From positions 8,449-72,448 of the forward strand of contig JAYQQG010000002.1 of the NCBI GenBank assembly GCA_038145765.1: a stretch of 64,000 bases of DNA, given 5' to 3'. The position numbers were made by a program, and so were the translations under genes. The first letter of the stretch is position 1, and each line of letters starts with the position of its first letter. Below the pieces are notes generated by a model. The model saw only the letters and a list, made by a program, of their open reading frames with translations. It had not been told where the DNA came from and did not search any database. This stretch comes from Verrucomicrobiales bacterium. Its GTDB lineage: Bacteria; Verrucomicrobiota; Verrucomicrobiia; Limisphaerales; UBA1100. Below are positions 56,140-64,000 of this stretch, one piece after another.

Positions 56140-57372
56140 CTATTTATCGGACAAGGCGGCCACGCCGGGGAGTTCTTTGCCTTCGAGAAACTCGAGGCTC
56201 GCGCCGCCACCGGTGCTCATGAAGGTGACCTGATCTCCGAGACCCGCCTTGTTCAGCGCCTTCACGCTGTCGCCGCCGCCGATGATACTTTTGCCTCCGG
56301 TCGCGGTGGCTTCACAAACGGCGCGCGCGACGGCAAAGGTGCCGCCGGAAAAGCGGTCGTCCTCGAAAATGCCCATTGGGCCGTTCCACAAGATCGTCTT
56401 GGCGCCCCGGATCACTTCGCTGAAGGTATCGGCGGATTTGGGGCCGATGTCCACGCCCTCAACATCGTCGGGGATGTTTTCATTGTCATTCACGCGGTGA
56501 TCACCGAAAGCGAACTTGCCGTCGATCTCGGTCGGTTCGGCCACCACGTTGTCGGTCGGAATAAGAAACTGCACGTTTCGTTCGGTGGCCTTGTCGAGGG
56601 CGGCCTGGGCGACGTCCACCTTGTCGCGTTCCACTAGCGATTTACCCACGGTGAGGCCTTTGGCCAGCTTGAAGGTGTAGGCCATGGCGCCGCCGATCAG
56701 GATGGTGTCGGCCTTTTCCAGCAGACGATCGATCACCTTGATCTTGTCGGAAACCTTCGCCCCGCCAAGGATCACCACAAACGGTTCTACGGGCGCGTCC
56801 AGTTCATCGCCAAGAAATTGCAGTTCCCGCTCCATCAGCAGGCCGGCAGCACATTGGCCGCCTTTAGCGGTGATGACGGTGGCGACGCCGGCAGTGGAGG
56901 CGTGGGCGCGGTGGGCGGCTCCGAAAGCATCATTCACGTACACATCCGCATTGGCGGCGAGTTGCTCGGCGAACGCCGCGTCGTTGGCTTCCTCTTCGGC
57001 ATGGTATCGGACGTTTTCCAGCAGGAGCAAACCGCCATCGTCCAACTGACTCACCGCCTCGGTCATCGAATCGCCGACGCATTGATCACAAAAGGCTACC
57101 TGTTGGCCGATGAGTTCGGCGAGTTTGTCGGCCACGGGCTGGAGGCTCATGGAGGGCACGCGCTCTCCCTTGGGACGGCCGAGGTGAGCGGTGAGGATCA
57201 CCTTGGCGCCCTTATCGATCATCGCCCGGAGCGTGGGCAGGGTGGCGCGGATGCGGGTGTCGTCATTGATCACCATGGCACCGTCCTGTTCGGCCATCGG
57301 CACGTTATAGTCCACGCGCGTTAACACGCGTTTACCCTGTAAATCCAAATCGTTAACGGTGAGTTTCGCCAT
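56140..57372 (-). CDS. pgk: Phosphoglycerate kinase
   Basis: 410 aa. Strings are RVDYNVP, SHLGRPKG-like [24 protein letters not shown] and [18 protein letters not shown]. Confidence 0.97.
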   Translation of the reverse strand: MAKLTVNDLDLQGKRVLTRVDYNVPMAEQDGAMVINDDTRIRATLPTLRAMIDKGAKVILTAHLGRPKGERVPSMSLQPVADKLAELIGQQVAFCDQCVGDSMTEAVSQLDDGGLLLLENVRYHAEEEANDAAFAEQLAANADVYVNDAFGAAHRAHASTAGVATVITAKGGQCAAGLLMERELQFLGDELDAPVEPFVVILGGAKVSDKIKVIDRLLEKADTILIGGAMAYTFKLAKGLTVGKSLVERDKVDVAQAALDKATERNVQFLIPTDNVVAEPTEIDGKFAFGDHRVNDNENIPDDVEGVDIGPKSADTFSEVIRGAKTILWNGPMGIFEDDRFSGGTFAVARAVCEATATGGKSIIGGGDSVKALNKAGLGDQVTFMSTGGGASLEFLEGKELPGVAALSDK

Positions 57373-57443
57373 AAAACGGGCCGCGGAGGATAGCGCAGGG
57401 GTTGGGACGGTGGAAGCAGAAAAACGGCTTAATAGGGCCTTTT

Positions 57444-58382
57444 TTAGCGGTTCTTCAGAAAGTTCACCGCATCGACAAAATCGTCCGGTGAGGGGGCATT
57501 TACCTGCAACGGCTCTCCAGAAAGCGGGTGGGTGAAGCCGAGCTCGGCGGCATGGAGCATCTGGCGAGGCGCTTCGTAGCCGGTGGCTTGGGCGAATAAA
57601 CGGGCTGGGCGACCGCCGTAAACGGGGTCGCCCACCAGCGGGCAGCCTAAATGCTGCAGGTGAACGCGAATCTGATGAGTGCGTCCGGTGTGCAGTGTCG
57701 CCTCCACCAAGGTGGATTCGCGCAGGGCTTCCAACGTGCGGAAATCCGTGTGTGAAGCGCGTCCGCTTTCCACAATCGCCATTTTTTTGCGCTGCACGGG
57801 ATGGCGGGCGATGGGGGCCTTGACGGTGAGTCGTTCCTTGCGCGGGTGACCGCAGACGAGCGCGTGATAAATCTTGGTGGTCTTGCGGTCAGCAAATTGG
57901 GCCGACAATGCATGATGCGCCGAGTCATCCTTGGCCACCACCAAACACCCGCTCGTGTCCTTATCCAGCCGATGCACGATGCCCGGCCTCGCCACACCGC
58001 CCACGCCGCTGAGTTGGCCGGCGCAGTGATGGAGCAGGGCATTGACCAGTGTGCCCCGCGCATGCCCGGCGGCCGGATGCACGACGAGCCCGGCGGGTTT
58101 GTTGATCACCAGCAACCGATCATCCTCGTACAGCACATCGAGCGGGATGTTTTCCGGCTGCGCCTCGGCCGGCTCGGGCTCGGGCCAAGTGATCATGATT
58201 TCCTCGCCGGCCCGGGGATGATGGGTGGCCTTGACCGGTTTGCCATTCACCAACACATGGCCGTCCTGAATGAATCGCTGTAAGGCACCGCGGGAGGTGT
58301 CGGGGAATTTTTTTTGCAGAAACTTGTCCAACCGCGCTTTGGGTTGGGAAATCTCCACCCGCAGTGTCTCGCGACGGCTCAT
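57444..58382 (-). CDS. rluD: RluA-family 23S rRNA pseudouridine synthase (RluD-like, with an N-terminal S4 domain)
   Basis: 312 aa. It has an S4-like N-terminus (RLDKFL...SRGALQRFIQDGHVLVNGK) and the catalytic HRLDKDTSG. GRTHQIRVH is also present. Confidence 0.85.
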   Translation of the reverse strand: MSRRETLRVEISQPKARLDKFLQKKFPDTSRGALQRFIQDGHVLVNGKPVKATHHPRAGEEIMITWPEPEPAEAQPENIPLDVLYEDDRLLVINKPAGLVVHPAAGHARGTLVNALLHHCAGQLSGVGGVARPGIVHRLDKDTSGCLVVAKDDSAHHALSAQFADRKTTKIYHALVCGHPRKERLTVKAPIARHPVQRKKMAIVESGRASHTDFRTLEALRESTLVEATLHTGRTHQIRVHLQHLGCPLVGDPVYGGRPARLFAQATGYEAPRQMLHAAELGFTHPLSGEPLQVNAPSPDDFVDAVNFLKNR

Positions 58383-59155
58383 GAGGCGTCTTCGGTGGGC
58401 TCCGGCTCAATTTTTTCGCGGGAGGAAAGCAAATACCACATGGCACAGCCGGCAATTAGCAACACAATGCTGATGCCTTGCCCTGAGGTGATACTACCAA
58501 ACCACAGGCTGCCGCGACCATCAGCCCGGAACGATTCCACGCCAAACCGCATCACGGCATAAGCCAGCAGGTATGCGGCAAACACTTGCCCGTTGAATTG
58601 CCGGTTGCGGAACAGCCATGCCAAGGTTCCATAAAGCACGAGGTTGAGCAGGCTCTCATAGATTTGCGTGGGATGCACATGGGCCGGATGCGTGCTATGG
58701 CTGTCAGGGAATTGAACGGCCCATGGCAGGTCGCAGGGTTTGCCGTAACAACAACCGGTCATAAAACATCCGATCCGCCCAAAGGCATGGCCGAGGGCGA
58801 AGCTGGGAGCCAGCGTGTCGAAGGTTGCCCAGAGCGGCATTTTGGTTTTCTTTGTAAACAACCAAACGGCCAGAGTCGTGCCGATCAGCGCGCCGTGAAA
58901 CACCATGCCCGACCGTTGGAGGAACAGGTTTTTGAACGTGTCATCACCCCAATGGTTGATCACATACAGCACCTTCGCACCACCAATGCCCCCGATGAAC
59001 ATCCAGAGCATGAGGTTAGAGATATCCTCCGCGTTGAGGCCAATGCGCAGGCCACGGCGTCCGGCGGTCCACAGGCCGATCATGAATCCCGCGGCCAGCA
59101 TGATGCCGTACCAATGGATTTTGACGCCGCTCAAATCGAACGCTACCGGATGCAT
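58379..59155 (-). CDS. lgt: Prolipoprotein diacylglyceryl transferase
   Basis: 258 aa. Strings are IHWYGIMLAAGF, GRIGCFMTGCCYG and HPTQIYES. Confidence 0.93.
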   Translation of the reverse strand: MHPVAFDLSGVKIHWYGIMLAAGFMIGLWTAGRRGLRIGLNAEDISNLMLWMFIGGIGGAKVLYVINHWGDDTFKNLFLQRSGMVFHGALIGTTLAVWLFTKKTKMPLWATFDTLAPSFALGHAFGRIGCFMTGCCYGKPCDLPWAVQFPDSHSTHPAHVHPTQIYESLLNLVLYGTLAWLFRNRQFNGQVFAAYLLAYAVMRFGVESFRADGRGSLWFGSITSGQGISIVLLIAGCAMWYLLSSREKIEPEPTEDAS

Positions 59156-59241
59156 GTCCGCACGGTAGGGGCGGGACAGGGTGGAGGCAAGTCCGGCTTA
59201 TTTGGCTTTTGATGAGCGCAGTTTTGCGGTAACCACGCGCG

Positions 59242-62007
59242 GTGGCATCGTTGGTTGAGTCAGTCCGGGCGCGTGCAGCAGAGCAATTGGCTTTGCCGGA
59301 TGGGATCGTGCCCTCCCAGGAACTGCCGGGCTTCAAACGATTTCTCAAGGACGAATCGGCGCGCCTGAAAAAACTCCATCGCGGTGGCGGTTTGGGGCGT
59401 GAAGTGTGCCAAACCCGGGCGGCGGTGATCGATGCCATCATCTCGCATCTGTTCGATTCGGCCGAAAAACTGGCGCCGCTGGGGGATTTGAAATCCCGGC
59501 CAGCCATGGCCGTGGTGGCGATCGGGGGTTATGGGCGAAACGAACTGAATCCACAAAGCGACATCGATATCCAGTTCTTGTGTGAGGACCAGTTGTGGAA
59601 CGGGGCCAAACCCCATGAGTATCTGCAAAATGTAACCGATACGGTGCTCTACATGCTTTGGGATTTGGGTCTAAAGATCGGTCATTCGGTGCGCCGAGTG
59701 CGTGATTGTGTGGAGGAAGCCAATAAGGACATGCAATCCAAAACGGCCTTGATCGAGTCGCGCCTGGTGGTGGGAGATGGGGGTTTGTTCGGGCACATGG
59801 AAATGCAGGTGCACGAGAAATGTGTGAAGCCATTCGTAGCCGAATACACGGCACAACGCATCCAGGATCAATCGGCGCGCCGCAATAAATATGGTGGGGC
59901 GGTTACGATGCAGGAGCCGAACATCAAAAACGGGTGCGGCGGTCTGCGCGATTACCAAAATCTCCGCTGGATGATGCACTTCAAGCGCGGGGTGCGTTTG
60001 GTGGAGGATCTGGAGACCGAAAAGGAAATAAGCAAGGCCGACGCGGAGAAACTGGAGGCGGCCTATTCATTTTTGCTGCGTGCCCGCAACGAACTGCATT
60101 ATCAACTGGAACGGCCAGTGGATGCCCTGACCAAGGCAGTGCAGCCCAAAATCGCCTGGCAACTTGGCTATACGAACCGGTCGCCCGCCAAACGGCTGGA
60201 GGCCTTCATGGGGGATTATTATCGGCACGCGCGTAATATTGATTTGATCGTGCGCGCCATTGAACGGCGGTTGGCCATCGTGGAACGGCCGGGCTGGCAG
60301 CAGGCCATTGGCCGCTGGATGAGCGGCAGCAAGGAACAGGAGATCGACGGGTTTCGCATTTATGACGGTGAAATCACGTTTGTGAAACGCACGGTCTTCA
60401 AGGATCAACCGCGCAAACTCATGCGCGTGTTTCTTTTATTGCAACGGCACAGTGTGCGGTTGCATCCGGATTTATCCCAGCTCATCCGAGACAACGCCTG
60501 GCGTATGGATCGCAAACTGCGCGTGGATCCCCATGTGCATGAGACATTTCTGGAAATTCTTAATCAACCCGGTGCGGTGGGGCACGTACTGCGGCGGATG
60601 CATGAACTGGATCTTTTGGGTCGGTTCCTGCCTGAATTTGGCCGGTTAACCTGTCTGGTGCAGCACGAGTTTTTTCATCAATATACGGTGGACGAGCATA
60701 CACTGGTTTGCCTTGAGAAACTCGACGGCCTCTGGGAAGGACGCTGGGAGGCGTACGAGAAATACCGCGATGTGTTTGAGGAGATTGACCGACCTTCCAC
60801 GCTGTATTTGGCATTGCTGTTGCATGATGCGGGCAAAGGGATCGAGACCGATCGTCACGAGCGCGAAGGCGAACGGGTGGCCGACCATGTGGCCGACCGT
60901 CTGGGGCTCGATGAAGCTGCCACCGATAGCCTGCGTTTAATCATCCGTCATCACCTTCTGATGGTGCAAGTGGCCCAACGGCGCGACCTGGAGGATCCTC
61001 AGGTGGTGCGGCAATTTGCTGAAACCTTGGAGACGGAGGAAAACCTCAACATGCTCATGCTCCATACGCTGGCTGATTCGATGGGAACGGCGGACAATTT
61101 GTGGAACGGCTTCAAGGATATCACCCAGTGGACGCTCTACTGGAAAAGCCATGCGTTTTATCGGGAAGATCCCGAAGCGGCCCGAGCTGAAGAGGAGTAC
61201 CGAGATGATATTGAGGCGGAGACACTGAAACACACCGAGGGACACCTGCCGGATGAGGAGGTCGAGGCACACTTTGAAAACCTGCCGGCGCGCTATTTCC
61301 GAACCGTGCCGGCCGATGAAATCGTGGAGGACATCGAATTGGTTCACGGTTTCTTCAAGCAACAGGTCCTGTTCGATGACCGGATGTTGGAGCCGGCTGT
61401 GGCCTGGAAACGGGATCCCGACCGCGGTTGTTCCAATGTCGGAATCTGCACTTGGGACCGGCCGGGCCTGTTCAGTCGAGTCACCGGCGTGTTGGCGGAA
61501 TGTGGCTTCAACATTTTGAGCGCGCAGATCTTTACCCGCGATGATTCCATCGTGATCGACCGGTTTTTCCTGACTGACGGCCGCACGGGTGGCTTGCCCG
61601 ATACCGAGCAACGGGAGAAATTTGAGACCCGTCTTAAGGAGGCCCTGAAATCCTTCGAGGATCTGGACTTGGATTTCGCCCAATTGCCTGAATCGGGCGT
61701 GGAATACACCTCCCTCAGCGGAGAGCGTATTCCCACGCGCATCTTTTTTGATAACCACGCCAGTGAAGAATTCACCGTGCTCGATCTGGAGGCGGAGGAT
61801 CACATCGGCCTGCTTTACGCCGTGACGCACACGCTCACCACGCTGGGTCTCTCCATCGAGCTGGCTCGCATCAACACCGCGAAGGGCGGTGCCAACGACA
61901 GTTTTTATGTGGTGGACGAAAACGGGGCCAAGCTGGAGGACACCGCGCGGCAACAGTTTGTGGAAAGCATGCTGCGGCACGTGATCGCCGCGCTGCATGA
62001 GGCGTAG
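59242..62007 (+). CDS. glnD: [Protein-PII] uridylyltransferase / uridylyl-removing enzyme
   Basis: 921 aa with a GTG start. The nucleotidyltransferase motif is AIGGYGRNELNPQSDIDI. The HD domain shows LLHDAGKG and HH..M. Two C-terminal ACT-like domains are present (CTWDRPGLFSRVTGVLAECGFNILSAQIF; LEAEDHIGLLYAVTHTL). Confidence 0.9.
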   Translation: MASLVESVRARAAEQLALPDGIVPSQELPGFKRFLKDESARLKKLHRGGGLGREVCQTRAAVIDAIISHLFDSAEKLAPLGDLKSRPAMAVVAIGGYGRNELNPQSDIDIQFLCEDQLWNGAKPHEYLQNVTDTVLYMLWDLGLKIGHSVRRVRDCVEEANKDMQSKTALIESRLVVGDGGLFGHMEMQVHEKCVKPFVAEYTAQRIQDQSARRNKYGGAVTMQEPNIKNGCGGLRDYQNLRWMMHFKRGVRLVEDLETEKEISKADAEKLEAAYSFLLRARNELHYQLERPVDALTKAVQPKIAWQLGYTNRSPAKRLEAFMGDYYRHARNIDLIVRAIERRLAIVERPGWQQAIGRWMSGSKEQEIDGFRIYDGEITFVKRTVFKDQPRKLMRVFLLLQRHSVRLHPDLSQLIRDNAWRMDRKLRVDPHVHETFLEILNQPGAVGHVLRRMHELDLLGRFLPEFGRLTCLVQHEFFHQYTVDEHTLVCLEKLDGLWEGRWEAYEKYRDVFEEIDRPSTLYLALLLHDAGKGIETDRHEREGERVADHVADRLGLDEAATDSLRLIIRHHLLMVQVAQRRDLEDPQVVRQFAETLETEENLNMLMLHTLADSMGTADNLWNGFKDITQWTLYWKSHAFYREDPEAARAEEEYRDDIEAETLKHTEGHLPDEEVEAHFENLPARYFRTVPADEIVEDIELVHGFFKQQVLFDDRMLEPAVAWKRDPDRGCSNVGICTWDRPGLFSRVTGVLAECGFNILSAQIFTRDDSIVIDRFFLTDGRTGGLPDTEQREKFETRLKEALKSFEDLDLDFAQLPESGVEYTSLSGERIPTRIFFDNHASEEFTVLDLEAEDHIGLLYAVTHTLTTLGLSIELARINTAKGGANDSFYVVDENGAKLEDTARQQFVESMLRHVIAALHEA

Positions 62008-62385
62008 TTAACCCTCGAGCACGGCCATTGCGGCCGCTTGCCCGTCACTGTGACTCAGGCTGATGTGCACCGCTTTGCCACCCAACTCCATCAGGAGCAC
62101 CTTCGCCTTGCCATGCAGCCGAACCATTGGGCGTCCGCGTTCGTGATGGACGATCTCCAAGTCATGCCAGTTCAGCTTTTTGCCGATACCCGTGCCGAAG
62201 GCTTTGCTGACCGCTTCTTTGCCGGCAAAACGCGCGGCGATGCTAGGTGAAGGATCGGGTTGTTCCAGACAATAATCGATCTCATCCTGCCGAAGAAACT
62301 TGCGCAGAAATGTGTTGCCCCATCGTTCATGAACCCGGCCGATCCGGGCAATGTCGATGATGTCGATGCCGGTGCCGAAGATCAT
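62008..62385 (-). CDS. acpS: Holo-[acyl-carrier-protein] synthase
   Basis: 125 aa. Strings are MIFGTGIDIIDIARI, RFAGKEAVSKAFGTG and ISLSH. Confidence 0.92.
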   Translation of the reverse strand: MIFGTGIDIIDIARIGRVHERWGNTFLRKFLRQDEIDYCLEQPDPSPSIAARFAGKEAVSKAFGTGIGKKLNWHDLEIVHHERGRPMVRLHGKAKVLLMELGGKAVHISLSHSDGQAAAMAVLEG

Positions 62386-63125
62386 CCGCCGCGATAACCT
62401 TTCATGAGCTGGAGCATTTCTTTGACCGCCTTGTTCAGGCCCACCTCCACGGACCGGCTGATAATGCTGTGACCGATGTTCAACTCCTCCAGACGCGGGA
62501 CGGCATGAAGGGTTTGGAGGTTTTCGTAATTCAAACCGTGACCGGCATTCACGCGTAGTCCCAATGAATGGGCATGTGTTGCGGCGGCGATCAGGCGGTT
62601 GAGTTCGCGGCGGCGATTGCGGGCATTGCCAAAATGTTCAGCAAACTGGCCGGTGTGCAATTCGATGAACTGGGCGCCGGCTGCCGCCGCCGCATCCACC
62701 TGTTGGGCATCGGGATTGATGAACAGACTCACTTCAATGTTCGCCTTGCGCAGGCGGTTGCAGACGCGCTTGATCGCGGGTAATTGTCGGGCTACTTCCA
62801 GACCGCCTTCGGTGGTGACCTCCTCACGTTTCTCAGGAACGAGGCAAACAATGTCCGGCTTTAGCTTCAGGGCGAACCGGACAATCTCCGGGGCAACGGC
62901 CATCTCGAGATTCAGCCGGGTGCCAATTCGGCGGCGTAAAGCGCGCACATCGGCGTCCTGAATGTGCCGGCGGTCCTCACGCAAATGAGCGGTGATGCCA
63001 TGGGCTCCGGCAGCCTCACAGATTAGGGCCGCGGCTACCGGGCACGGTTCCCCATTGGATTGTCCGCGATAGCGCGCCTCCCTTAACGTGGCCACGTGGT
63101 CGATGTTGACACCCAGCTTGAGCAC
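62382..63125 (-). CDS. pdxJ: Pyridoxine 5'-phosphate synthase
   Basis: 247 aa with a GTG start. Strings are LGVNIDHVATLREAR, HLREDRRHI, IELHTG, NAGHGLNY and ELNIGHSII. Confidence 0.95.
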   Translation of the reverse strand: MLKLGVNIDHVATLREARYRGQSNGEPCPVAAALICEAAGAHGITAHLREDRRHIQDADVRALRRRIGTRLNLEMAVAPEIVRFALKLKPDIVCLVPEKREEVTTEGGLEVARQLPAIKRVCNRLRKANIEVSLFINPDAQQVDAAAAAGAQFIELHTGQFAEHFGNARNRRRELNRLIAAATHAHSLGLRVNAGHGLNYENLQTLHAVPRLEELNIGHSIISRSVEVGLNKAVKEMLQLMKGYRGG

Positions 63126-63187
63126 GGGCGCACGCTACGAAAAATCAACCTGCTTGCCAACTTCATCCTTAATGTTAGAATTAAATA

Positions 63188-64000
63188 GTGAACCATCCGG
63201 TACTCATTTTTGCGGGATTATGGGTGGTTGGGATCGGGCTGGGAGACGCGATCCCTTTGGCTCGTATGGATTTATGGCTGGCGGCATTGATACTGGCGGG
63301 GGTGGTTCTGGCATCACATGGAATGGTGTGTTGTTGCGCCTTAATGCCCGGAACTGCTTCGTTTCCCGTGAATCCCATCGCTTTATTGCACGGGGTGATG
63401 GTTTGGAGCCAATGGATTTCGGGCGGTTTATTGGTGGTGGCTTTGGGGGGGGGTGGTTTGAATGAGCGAACTAGGGTCCAGGGAGCTCATGATCTGCGTG
63501 TGCTGGTGGAAGCCGAGGGCGCTTTGGCTCGCGTGAGCGGACACATCGTATCATCCCCCAAGGTGGTTCGGGTTGGGTTTGAAGAACGGCGGCAATTTCT
63601 TGTTAAGACCGAAGCGATCCAATTGAACTCCATCGAGCATTGGCAACCGGCCGTGGGGAAAGTATGGGTGGCGGTAACTAACCGATTAGAGGTGGGATGG
63701 TACACGGGGGTGAATGTGGAATTGGATGGGGTGTTAAGGCGGCCCTCACCGGCGGCGTATCCGGGAGGTTTTGATCGGAGACATCAACTGGCCCGGCGTG
63801 GCGTGTATCACGAGTTGAGGACGGACGATCTTTCGAGCTTCAAACTTCTGTCCCAATCACAGGCACAGCCGTGGGGAGCCCGCTTTCGCCAATGGGGCCG
63901 GGAATGTTTGGCACGTGGGCTGCCCAAGGATGAGGCAGTGGAATTGTTATGGGCCATGAGTCTGGGTTGGCGAACCGGGTTGACCGCTGAAGTGGCCGGG
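63188..64000 (+). CDS. comEC: ComEC/Rec2 family competence protein, N-terminal part; the gene continues beyond the window
   Basis: It is not in the ORF track because it has no stop in the window. My translation from GTG 63188, which follows an in-frame TAA at 63182-84, is VNHPVLIFAGLWVVGIGLG...LRVLVEAEGALARVSGHIVSSPK...GKVWVAVTNRLEVGWYTGVNVELDGVLRRPSPAAYPGGFDRRHQLARRGVYHEL...LLWAMSLGWRTGL. This matches the ComEC N-terminal (DUF4131-type) layout. The start codon is uncertain. Confidence 0.65.
   Translation, partial: MNHPVLIFAGLWVVGIGLGDAIPLARMDLWLAALILAGVVLASHGMVCCCALMPGTASFPVNPIALLHGVMVWSQWISGGLLVVALGGGGLNERTRVQGAHDLRVLVEAEGALARVSGHIVSSPKVVRVGFEERRQFLVKTEAIQLNSIEHWQPAVGKVWVAVTNRLEVGWYTGVNVELDGVLRRPSPAAYPGGFDRRHQLARRGVYHELRTDDLSSFKLLSQSQAQPWGARFRQWGRECLARGLPKDEAVELLWAMSLGWRTGLTAEVAG

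Overview
This is a 64-kb, GC-rich chromosomal window with very high coding density. I saw no rRNA, tRNA, CRISPR array, transposase or integrase.

**Likely origin.** The gene content points to the PVC superphylum, most likely Verrucomicrobiota, with Planctomycetota not excluded. The supporting genes are a PSCyt/PSD1 (DUF1553-type) plus DUF1501 gene pair, a 1430-aa PVC-type heme-binding CxxCH protein, PQQ-like beta-propellers, Sel1-repeat proteins and a four-helix-bundle (23S rRNA-IVS family) gene.

**Housekeeping content.** Most of the window is core metabolism and maintenance:
- eno
- a hom-thrC-lysC string followed by a deoxyhypusine-synthase-like gene
- pgk-tpiA-secG
- rluD-like and lgt
- glnD
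- acpS and pdxJ
- the 5' part of a ComEC/Rec2 gene
- an Opp/Dpp-type peptide ABC importer

**Main candidate for something new.** An eight-gene, tightly packed plus-strand cluster at 36825-49260 contains:
- two ABC-2-like permease proteins with large soluble inserts
- one ABC ATPase
- three divergent SPFH/Band-7 paralogs, one fused to a polytopic membrane domain
- a P1B-like P-type ATPase whose canonical CPx metal motif reads SPV
- a membrane-anchored protein I cannot place in a family

I know of no described system with this composition. It needs database and neighbourhood searches that I cannot run.

**Secondary observations.**
- The four-helix-bundle ORF is bracketed by an inverted repeat and splits the PSD1/DUF1501 pair. 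A related AATGACC hairpin repeat sits at 29.2 kb.
- A membrane-protein gene is disrupted by a frameshift plus an in-frame TAG.
- A GNAT gene is translationally coupled to a zinc-ribbon membrane protein.
- Two tandem secreted Sel1 paralogs share a C-terminal motif.
- An FHA-kinase-TM-LRR receptor kinase is divergent from the main cluster.
- An SGNH domain has substituted catalytic residues.

**Basis.** All functional calls come from reading motifs in the supplied translations and my own translations of edge-truncated genes. No searches were run.
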